A DNA stretch of 24,343 nt from positions 1 to 24,343 of the forward strand of contig DASQZS010000167.1 of NCBI GenBank assembly GCA_035638535.1, in the 5' to 3' direction. This DNA is from Candidatus Acidiferrum sp. (GTDB lineage: Archaea; Thermoproteota; Bathyarchaeia; 40CM-2-53-6). Shown here in pieces: positions 8,924 through 15,674 of the stretch; within the stretch, counting starts at the first letter, position 1; every line of letters starts with the position of its first letter. The position numbers were made by a program, and so were the translations under genes. The notes below the pieces were generated by a model. That model was not told the DNA's origin and did no database searches. It saw only the letters and a list, made by a program, of their open reading frames with translations.

Positions 8924-10180
8924 ATGCCTTTGAATATAGCTCGGCGCGCTTTTCTGCAACAAGTTGCAAAGTCTGTAGGAAAAGTTCCATCACTGAACCC
9001 GCTTAGTTTCGGTCCGAAAATAGTAGACTTAACCACTCTAATGACTCCGGAGCAGACCGAAGACCTGAAAAATCGAACCCTTGTTGTCATTCAGTTAAGC
9101 GGCGGAAATGATGGCATAAACACGGTTATCCCTTACTCGCAACAAACCTACTACGATTCTCGACCCTCCCTTGCGCTTCCAAAAGATCAAGTTCTCCCAT
9201 TGGATAGCAATGTGGCACTGCACCCTAACATGACTGAACTACAGAACTTATACAACAACAATCACGTCGCAATAGTGCAAGGCGTCGGTTATCCAAATCC
9301 GAATCGTTCACATTACGAATCCATGTCTATCTGGCAGACTGCATCGATCGAATCAGGAAGCCCCGGTTGGATTGGAAGATATCTGGATAACGCTAAGAAG
9401 AATGATAGCAGCATTAATGCTGTTGAAATCGACTCACTCTTATCGCCTGCAGTTGTTGGTCAACAGCAAAGCGCGCTAGCAATTGACAGCCTAGATTCCT
9501 TCAAAATCAGACCTCTGAACAGCCTGAGTTCGCAGGCACAAACCGAGAACGTGATTAATGCGTTAGATTCAATTCAATGCACATCGTGTCAAGAATACAA
9601 TAATTTAGTAAACGCAATGATGGAAGCAGGCTTGGATTCGCTGACTGCTTCAGACATAGTACAGCAAGCCGCATCTAACTATCAATCATCCGTAGCTTAT
9701 CCGAATAATGATTTCGCGAATAGGTTGAAATTGGCTGCACAAATAGTTTCGTCAAGTCTGAGCCCACAAATTGTGTACTTACAGATCGGTGGGTTCGATA
9801 CACATGCAAGTCAGAAGGATACACAAGCAACTCTGCTCAAAACTGTCAGCGAAGGGATCTCAGCCTTCTACAAGGACATGGATTCGAAAGATAGAGCAAA
9901 CGATACGATGATCATGACTTTCTCAGAATTTGGAAGAAGAGTAAAAGAAAATGGAAGCCAAGGTACTGATCATGGCACAGCTGAACCTATGTTCCTTATT
10001 GGAGGAAGAGTAAGCGGAGGCTTATATGGATCCTATCCGAGCCTTACGGATCTTGATAGTGGCGACCTGAAATTTAACGTCGATTTCAGACAGGTGTACG
10101 CGACTGTCCTACAAGACTGGTTGGGTGCTGATCCTTCTCAAGTTCTGTACTCTCAATTCCAGAAGTTGAACATGATTTAA
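8924..10180 (+). CDS. DUF1501 family protein (alkaline phosphatase/sulfatase-like fold)
   Basis: LVVIQLSGGNDGINTVIP, RSHYES, GGFDTHASQ, FSEFGRR and GTDHGTA signatures; begins 13 nt after DUF1800, its usual operon partner. Confidence 0.93.
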   Translation: MPLNIARRAFLQQVAKSVGKVPSLNPLSFGPKIVDLTTLMTPEQTEDLKNRTLVVIQLSGGNDGINTVIPYSQQTYYDSRPSLALPKDQVLPLDSNVALHPNMTELQNLYNNNHVAIVQGVGYPNPNRSHYESMSIWQTASIESGSPGWIGRYLDNAKKNDSSINAVEIDSLLSPAVVGQQQSALAIDSLDSFKIRPLNSLSSQAQTENVINALDSIQCTSCQEYNNLVNAMMEAGLDSLTASDIVQQAASNYQSSVAYPNNDFANRLKLAAQIVSSSLSPQIVYLQIGGFDTHASQKDTQATLLKTVSEGISAFYKDMDSKDRANDTMIMTFSEFGRRVKENGSQGTDHGTAEPMFLIGGRVSGGLYGSYPSLTDLDSGDLKFNVDFRQVYATVLQDWLGADPSQVLYSQFQKLNMI

Positions 10181-10263
10181 TGATTCAACAATTAGTTGCT
10201 ATTCAAGGATGGTTATGCAACCTTTCACGTTAAGTATGAGGTATGGATGTCTGATTCGGGTCG

Positions 10264-11262
10264 ATGCTGTTGAAGGGCGTAAGAGTTACAGTCTTACTGT
10301 TGTCCTTAGCATTGATCGGCCTTACTATGCCGACTCTATCCCTATTCCCATCTGTTTTCCCAACGCGTTCGCCTGCAATGATAGGTAACGATCAAGCCAC
10401 TTCTAGCGTTTCGACCACTTCGAGCGGAGTGGTTTCAATTCAGGTGTTTTCTAATAGCGCCATCTATTCTTGCGGTGATATTGTCTTTATCACCGCCGAA
10501 ATATCCGGCCTGTCATCGCTCTTCGGAGTAACAGTACAGTTTCAAGTTTACGAGCCTGGGGGGATGTTAATGCTGAATGGGGTTTCTCAGACTAATTCGA
10601 ATGGACAGGCAACGTACCAGTTTACACTTCCAGTCACCTGTCTGACGGGTGCATACAATGTCTATGCGTTATTTTCCAACATGGGATCGACGGTAAGTTC
10701 GAACGTGGGGTTCACGGTTCAGAGTGCCACTATTACCACGGCAACTTCGAATGTCACTTCAACGAGCACGTCAACTTCACTGTCAACACTAACAAGTACC
10801 TCGACTATGTTATCAACTTCAACCAGCACATCAACCGCATTATCAACTTCAACCAGCACATCAACCTCACTATCAACATCAACAAGTACCTCGACTATGT
10901 TATCAACCTCAACCAGCACATCAACCACATTATCAACTTCAACAAGCACATCAACCACGTTGTTGACATCGACGAGTGTGCTGACTACATCGGTTGTGGC
11001 GACAGTTACGACGGCGATCGCATTCTCGACAACTTCAACCGTCGAGAGTAGTGTAGCCGTCTATGTGTTAGCCAACCCGCTTGCTGAACTTGCAGTTTTG
11101 ATTGGAGCGATCGCTTCGATTCTGAGTATAGCCTTCGTAATCAAAGTGCGAACGGGCGCAAAGTCTATAATGTGTCCAAATTGTGGACACATGAATCCTC
11201 CCCATGCTAGTAAATTCTGCGTGAACTGCGGAAAACCTCTTAGAAATGATCCTAAAGTATGA
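10264..11262 (+). CDS. Surface protein: signal peptide, Ig-like domain, Ser/Thr stalk, TM helix, cytoplasmic zinc ribbon
   Basis: Hydrophobic N-terminus; YSCGDIVFITAEI...GAYNVYA beta sandwich (MG2-like); STSTSTST repeats; TM LAVLIGAIASILSIAFVI; CPNC...FCVNCG. Confidence 0.85.
   Translation: MLLKGVRVTVLLLSLALIGLTMPTLSLFPSVFPTRSPAMIGNDQATSSVSTTSSGVVSIQVFSNSAIYSCGDIVFITAEISGLSSLFGVTVQFQVYEPGGMLMLNGVSQTNSNGQATYQFTLPVTCLTGAYNVYALFSNMGSTVSSNVGFTVQSATITTATSNVTSTSTSTSLSTLTSTSTMLSTSTSTSTALSTSTSTSTSLSTSTSTSTMLSTSTSTSTTLSTSTSTSTTLLTSTSVLTTSVVATVTTAIAFSTTSTVESSVAVYVLANPLAELAVLIGAIASILSIAFVIKVRTGAKSIMCPNCGHMNPPHASKFCVNCGKPLRNDPKV
10753..10962 (+). repeat. Intragenic tandem repeat, 7 x 30 bp (10-aa S/T unit), with 90-bp higher-order period
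   Basis: Units start at 10753, 10783, 10813, 10843, 10873, 10903 and 10933; consensus close to tcaacttcaaccagcacatcaaccxxxtta. Units 2 and 5 share aacaagtacctcgactatgtta. Confidence 0.95.
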
Positions 11263-11299
11263 GGAGAATCGCAGCGGGGATTATAGTCCAAACGAATGC

Positions 11300-11569
11300 C
11301 TAGAGTTGGTTCTCAAGAGCTGTAAAGGTACGACGTTCCTGATGTGTTGCTGTTCTGAACAGATCTTCCAACGATAATTCGTGGCTACACTTTGAACATG
11401 TTTTCAGCTTCGACAAGATTTGAAGCTTATCTGGAGAAATTCTTACGTTCTCCTCAACATGAAGAAGCGTCGTGTTGCATTTCGGACAGATAAAATTGAT
11501 ATCGGATGTTCTTGTCATAATCAGTTTGTCCCTCGCGAATTTTGAGTTCGTTACAAAAATCTGGGGCAT
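11300..11569 (-). CDS. Small C4 zinc-finger protein
   Basis: CPKC...CSKC pairs; starts 4 nt after the stop of the upstream membrane protein gene, suggesting co-transcription. Confidence 0.7.
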   Translation of the reverse strand: MPQIFVTNSKFARDKLIMTRTSDINFICPKCNTTLLHVEENVRISPDKLQILSKLKTCSKCSHELSLEDLFRTATHQERRTFTALENQL

Positions 11570-11573
11570 GGAT

Positions 11574-11888
11574 CTAGAGTTTGAGAAGCATTGCGGCGAG
11601 AGCGACGCCGGAAAGTAAGCTGAGGTAGATTGCTCCTCGAATCTTCTCTTCCTTTATGGAACTGAGAATTGTCACGTGTTGAGTCTTAACGATCCTTCGG
11701 GTTAGATGGGTAGCGATGAAGCCCACTCCGCCACCGATCACGAACACTATGATCGAGTATACTTCTGGTGGAAGGTTTTGGATGAATACGGGCATCACTT
11801 TGAGTGAGATTGTGGTTTCAACGCCAAGCGCAAGCATCGTTACGATGTGTGGTTTGGCGTGGTCCAGAAATTCGGTGAGTTCGATCAT
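11574..11888 (-). CDS. Small membrane protein of unknown function (about 3 TM)
   Basis: 104 aa with three hydrophobic segments and a basic loop; TATA-like element about 33 nt upstream. Confidence 0.7.
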   Translation of the reverse strand: MIELTEFLDHAKPHIVTMLALGVETTISLKVMPVFIQNLPPEVYSIIVFVIGGGVGFIATHLTRRIVKTQHVTILSSIKEEKIRGAIYLSLLSGVALAAMLLKL

Positions 11889-11898
11889 TTCATATCAC

Positions 11899-11918
11899 TG
11901 TCGATACGTGTATCGACA
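11899..11918. promoter_or_regulatory. Operator-like palindrome TGTCGATAC-GT-GTATCGACA
   Basis: Perfect 9-bp inverted repeat with 2-nt spacer, between the leftward TATA and the ATG at 11888. Confidence 0.8.
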
Positions 11919-11919
11919 C

Positions 11920-11927
11920 TATTATAC
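11920..11927 (-). promoter_or_regulatory. Putative TATA box of the leftward operon (minus strand TATAATA)
   Basis: Position about 33 nt upstream of ATG 11888 fits an archaeal short-leader promoter. Confidence 0.5.
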
Positions 11928-11953
11928 AGTCGCCTATTTATGAGTTCCGAATC

Positions 11954-11983
11954 TGTCGATACACTTTTAAACACCTATCGACA
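11954..11983. promoter_or_regulatory. Second operator TGTCGATA-N14-TATCGACA flanking a TATA box (TTTTAAA, 11965-11971)
   Basis: Same half-site as at 11899-11918; TATA lies about 30 nt upstream of ATG 12002, consistent with a leaderless transcript. Confidence 0.75.
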
Positions 11984-12001
11984 ATCGATATACGGTGCGC
12001 A

Positions 12002-12115
12002 ATGAATAGCGACGTCCAGATCTGGCTAAAATCAAGAATGACCGAGATCGAAGCTCGCCTAACAGAACTGAAACGTCGCTTGCGCCAGGAAGACACACAA
12101 AATGAGCAACAATGA
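12002..12115 (+). CDS. 37-aa coiled-coil microprotein paralogous to the N-terminus of the downstream wHTH regulator (not in ORF track)
   Basis: MNSDVQIWLKSRMTEIEARLTELKRRLRQEDTQNEQQ*; 11 identities in 26 aa to NEDLKKWLESRFQKIDTRLNELEKSI. Overlaps the regulator start by 14 nt; TATA at leaderless spacing. Confidence 0.75.
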   Translation: MNSDVQIWLKSRMTEIEARLTELKRRLRQEDTQNEQQ

Positions 12116-12458
12116 AGACTTGAAAAAATGGCTTGAATCAAGATTCCAAAAAATAGACACACGCCTAAATGAACTCGAAAAATCGATCTCTGAAAACAAG
12201 CAAACGAAAATCCGAATAGCCTGGTACAGAACCCTGATCGGTATGACAGACCTAGGTGGTAAAACTGGAACAGAACAACTGGCCGATCATCTCGGCATCA
12301 GTCGCAGCGTCATAAGCGAATACTTGAACAGAATGGAAGAGGAAGGCCTCGTCAAACGAGACTTCAACGAAGACCCCGAACGGAAATCACGATTCGTCTG
12401 GAACATCGACTGGAACGCACTACCACCAGAAATAGCATCTAGGCTGAAGAAAAAATAG
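12102..12458 (+). CDS. Winged helix-turn-helix transcriptional regulator with N-terminal coiled coil (MarR/ArsR/TrmB-like)
   Basis: TEQLADHLGISRSVISEYLNRMEEEGLVKR HTH followed by wing RFVWNI; heptad N-terminus. Confidence 0.88.
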   Translation: MSNNEDLKKWLESRFQKIDTRLNELEKSISENKQTKIRIAWYRTLIGMTDLGGKTGTEQLADHLGISRSVISEYLNRMEEEGLVKRDFNEDPERKSRFVWNIDWNALPPEIASRLKKK

Positions 12459-12521
12459 CTGGATTACGACAGTCGTCCTACAGTTTAAGAACACAAAGCT
12501 CACAATCACATCGACGATCTT

Positions 12522-13493
12522 TTGCCGCCTAAGAACACTCTTCTAACCTGCCCTCAATGCGGAAAGCTCGCGGCCCGGGGGCAAAAATTCTGCGGCAAAT
12601 GTAACCAGCCCATCACCTCATGTCAAGCCTGCACCGCAATCAACCTCGTATCATCAAATTTCTGTCACAACTGCGGAAGGTCCATTCGTACCACACCACT
12701 TGCTAAAGAAAGGCAAGAACCACCAAAACCTTCCCTCACCCCTCCACAAGAAATGGCGGTTACAGCTTCCCCCACGCGCATGCAACCTGGCAGACTTCCG
12801 AGCGAACAACCAAAAATTGAACGATTACAACTCTGTCTCTCATGCAAGAAACCCATCGGATCTTCAGAAAAATTCTGTCGGTTCTGTGGAACACCGCAGA
12901 AGATCATCACTGAGCCCGCTCAAACGATACTCGATCCTCATACATTGAAAATCAGCCTTCTAATGTTAAGTAGAGTCACCGAAGCGAAAGAACACTCAGA
13001 ATATTCAACCATCGATCAATTGACGACAACGATTGGAGAAGTTGCATTGGGCAAAAACAAACCTCATGACGCGCAGGAATTGACGTTCTCCGACCAACTC
13101 AGATTGCTGACTCTAGTCTTCGAGTATACACGTGATAAAGTGAACTACAAGGGCGAGGTTTTTGGTGAGTATGTGCGATGGCCCTGGGAGACCATCAAAA
13201 CTGGCGGAGATTGCGACTGCAAGGTAGTACTTCTTGCGACTATGCTTTCCAGCTTAGCCTTTAGGAGAATGCATTTCCTCGTCCTACCAGGCGGAACTTA
13301 TTTGGACTCTATCGGACAAGGAGAGAAAAGGATACAAGGCCACGCTCTGCTTGAAGTTGAACTTGTCGACGGATCGCGAATGGTGCCTGTACGATTGGAT
13401 CCATCATGCATGGATTGTGACGTCGACGATATCGCGGATAGCATCAAACCGTTTCTTCAAAACTTCTACAGAGTCCCAATCATTCTACCGTGA
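12522..13493 (+). CDS. Triple zinc-ribbon protein fused to a transglutaminase-like (Cys-His-Asp) domain
   Basis: Three CxxC-x-FCxxC ribbons, a Pro-rich linker, then WETIKTGGDCDCK (GDC nucleophile), GHALLEV and RLDPS. TTG start. Confidence 0.85.
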   Translation: MPPKNTLLTCPQCGKLAARGQKFCGKCNQPITSCQACTAINLVSSNFCHNCGRSIRTTPLAKERQEPPKPSLTPPQEMAVTASPTRMQPGRLPSEQPKIERLQLCLSCKKPIGSSEKFCRFCGTPQKIITEPAQTILDPHTLKISLLMLSRVTEAKEHSEYSTIDQLTTTIGEVALGKNKPHDAQELTFSDQLRLLTLVFEYTRDKVNYKGEVFGEYVRWPWETIKTGGDCDCKVVLLATMLSSLAFRRMHFLVLPGGTYLDSIGQGEKRIQGHALLEVELVDGSRMVPVRLDPSCMDCDVDDIADSIKPFLQNFYRVPIILP

Positions 13494-13587
13494 GAGGGTT
13501 GAGTTGTTTTCCGACATTCGAGTTTTGTTCTGGATGTTTCTGTCTAGTTTCAAGGCCTCTTCAGGGAGACTGCTGCGCTTTATTCGA

Positions 13588-14391
13588 TCATAATTGGGCA
13601 CTGCCAGTGAATCTTGTACCGCATTTGCTGCAGAATGCGTGGCCGACTTGGATTGGTGATCCGCAAACACCGCAATAACCTATCTGTGCTGCCTGTGGTG
13701 TTTGAATGGTAGTCCGCGTTTGTTGTTGGATCTGTCGTTGTTGTAGATCGTTGTATGCTCGTCTAGCGCTTACCATTGAAACTGCAACGATGATTAGAAT
13801 TAGGGCCAGTGCCAACGCTGAGATGCCGGCTATTGTTGCCGCGGTTTCATCTAGAACAGTCGTGACGCTTGTGATCGTTGTTGTGGTCGTTACAGCCGGT
13901 AAGGTTACGAAAGATGTGACATAAGACGTGGCCGTAGAGTAGACAGTTTGAGTTGTTGTCGCTGTTGTTTGATAATTGTTTCCGTTATTGTATCCGTTAT
14001 AGGTCGATCCGCAGTAGGAACCATAATTGTATCCGTAATTACCGTAACAACCATTTCCGTATCCGCATGAATAGTAATAGCAACGGCCGCCATATCCGCA
14101 TGATGAGTAATAGCAGCGACTGTATCCTCCGCAACCATAACCTCCATACCCATAGCACTGGTTCGGACCAGTACTATTGCCGTAATACACGCCCGGTTGA
14201 GAATAGTTCGCAGAATAAGACGAGGGGTATGCTGCTACGTTCGGCGACATACTTACCGTTACAACTACAAGGATGGCCAAGAAGGCAATCAGTAATACTT
14301 CGATCTTACGCTTCGAGGCAAGGTCATTTTCAGGCTCGAATCCATCAGGAGACGCATTTCCTCTCCCCGCTTGGTGGTTTGAAGAGATCAC
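13588..14391 (-). CDS. Membrane protein: Gly/Tyr/Cys-rich extracellular region, Thr stalk, TM helix, Gln-rich linker, zinc ribbon
   Basis: KRK + hydrophobic signal; CYGYGGYGCGGYSRCYYSSCGY...; TM IAGISALALALILIIVAV; QQRQIQQQ; CGVC...FCSKCG. GTG start uncertain. Confidence 0.8.
   Translation of the reverse strand: MISSNHQAGRGNASPDGFEPENDLASKRKIEVLLIAFLAILVVVTVSMSPNVAAYPSSYSANYSQPGVYYGNSTGPNQCYGYGGYGCGGYSRCYYSSCGYGGRCYYYSCGYGNGCYGNYGYNYGSYCGSTYNGYNNGNNYQTTATTTQTVYSTATSYVTSFVTLPAVTTTTTITSVTTVLDETAATIAGISALALALILIIVAVSMVSARRAYNDLQQRQIQQQTRTTIQTPQAAQIGYCGVCGSPIQVGHAFCSKCGTRFTGSAQL
14061..14126 (-). repeat. Imperfect 33-bp tandem duplication encoding RCYYxSCGY
   Basis: atccgcatgaatagtaatagcaacg (14061) versus atccgcatgatgagtaatagcagcg (14094). 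Confidence 0.8.
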
Positions 14392-14767
14392 ACGGATGTC
14401 CTCGAACCGAGCGGATAGAGGGCTTTTAGAAATTCGACAGATAAAATCACATCTGACAGTAGCAGAATTGAGTCTCTTGTTGTAGTGCGTTTCCGTGTTT
14501 TTTTCGTTGTTTGAGTTGCGCTCATTTTGCTCACGTTGAATACAACACAGGTTAGTGTGGATATTCCGCTTGCGCCACTTTGGAATATGCTTGGGTGAGG
14601 CAATGGGGTCAGAGAATGTTGTGATGAAAGGTGGAGATGGAACATGGTTCTGAAATCTACAGGTATACGTTAGTGTAGGTTACGAATCAGCGGGGTTGTG
14701 ATCTGAACGATAGTTTCTTTACAGTAGGTGTTAACAGACTTCAAAACCAGCCAAGTGGGCTTGCTAT

Positions 14768-15124
14768 TTGCCGAAAGAGAAACAGCGAGAACCATTAGAG
14801 ATAATGATGGACATGAGCGAGTTTCTATACAGCTTCGGCCCACAGAAGATTACCAAAATAGAGCGAGCATGCAACCTTCGAGACGACCTTTGTAAACAGT
14901 ACCTGAGCGAGCTGAGCGAACGTCAGTTCATTAAGAAAAACGCAAGTGACGAGTACGAGATTATGCAAAGAGGCATCGACTTCCTAAGGGACACTATTGA
15001 TTTGTATCGCAAGCACTTCCCAGAACGACGCAAGGTAATTGAAGAGGGCAGATTCTGGAGACCCATTCGCCGAATAACAGGCTCTAACGATGAGGGGCCG
15101 TCTCGTAACCAGAATACCACGTGA
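14768..15124 (+). CDS. Archaeal winged-helix DNA-binding protein (HTH_45-like)
   Basis: LEIMMDM...KITKIERACNL....KQYLSEL.ERQFIKK...YEIMQRGIDFL matches the pattern of this small archaeal regulator family. TTG start. Confidence 0.78.
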   Translation: MPKEKQREPLEIMMDMSEFLYSFGPQKITKIERACNLRDDLCKQYLSELSERQFIKKNASDEYEIMQRGIDFLRDTIDLYRKHFPERRKVIEEGRFWRPIRRITGSNDEGPSRNQNTT

Positions 15125-15528
15125 TAGAACCTAGTTACACAATTCGTTTTAACCCAATCCTTCTGGACGAGGTGATTATGAGCGAAGAAGGGTTGATCTC
15201 CAACGCGAGAGAACTGATCGCTGGAGTAAATGAAGAGAAAAAATGGATTATGACAATTGGATTAATGGGCATTATTTTTTCCGCGATATTTGCGATGACG
15301 TTGTTCGCATTTGACGTGCTTCGCCCCGCAGGATTGTTGGATATCGGAACTCTGAGACCCATCTTTGAGATCTCCAGATTACTCTTCGGAATCTGTTCCG
15401 TAATCTCCACCGTCGCAGGTGTGAAAGTACTCCTTTTCTTTAGAACTTGGCAGAGACGATATTCGAATCTTAAAACAGCAGAAAAAGAACTTGAAAAGAG
15501 ATACTTTGGCAACAGCGAGAACAAATAA
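15121..15528 (+). CDS. Two-TM membrane protein with coiled-coil ends
   Basis: Two hydrophobic helices; likely true start ATG 15178, with SD GAGGTGA at 15169-15175. Confidence 0.75.
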   Translation: MIEPSYTIRFNPILLDEVIMSEEGLISNARELIAGVNEEKKWIMTIGLMGIIFSAIFAMTLFAFDVLRPAGLLDIGTLRPIFEISRLLFGICSVISTVAGVKVLLFFRTWQRRYSNLKTAEKELEKRYFGNSENK

Positions 15529-15674
15529 CAAACTCCCACTATTTGCTTACCCATTGACTTGTTTCGTTCGCAAACTTCTTTACAGAAATTAGGCTCTTGG
15601 CTAAGTTCTGGCGAAGTGGCGAAAAATAGATGGTTGGCGACACCATGAGTGTCGCTGCTTTAGGTCGTTTTGAT

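Noticed and set aside
10719-10958. Minus-strand ORF with VDVLVEVDN repeats
   Set aside because: Reverse-complement readout of the Ser/Thr tandem repeat.
10753-10962. 30-bp periodic repeat as a possible CRISPR array
   Set aside because: Units are contiguous with no unique spacers, lie in frame inside a CDS, and there are no cas genes.
11938-12162. 74-aa minus-strand ORF across the promoter region
   Set aside because: Antisense to the microprotein and regulator start; runs through the operator and TATA; no motif.
11300-13493. Regulatory module as an integrated virus or mobile element
   Set aside because: Divergent repressor logic is phage-like, but no integrase, att repeats, tRNA target, terminal repeats or structural genes are visible.
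14300-14391. Possible frameshift at the 5' end of the 13588..14391 gene (SD-like GGGGAGAGGA precedes an out-of-frame ATG)
   Set aside because: An in-frame GTG start exists and no slippery run is evident; cannot be supported without reads or orthologues.
14388-14645. 85-aa minus-strand ORF with GTGA overlap to the next gene
   Set aside because: No recognisable domain or SD; composition looks like intergenic sequence.
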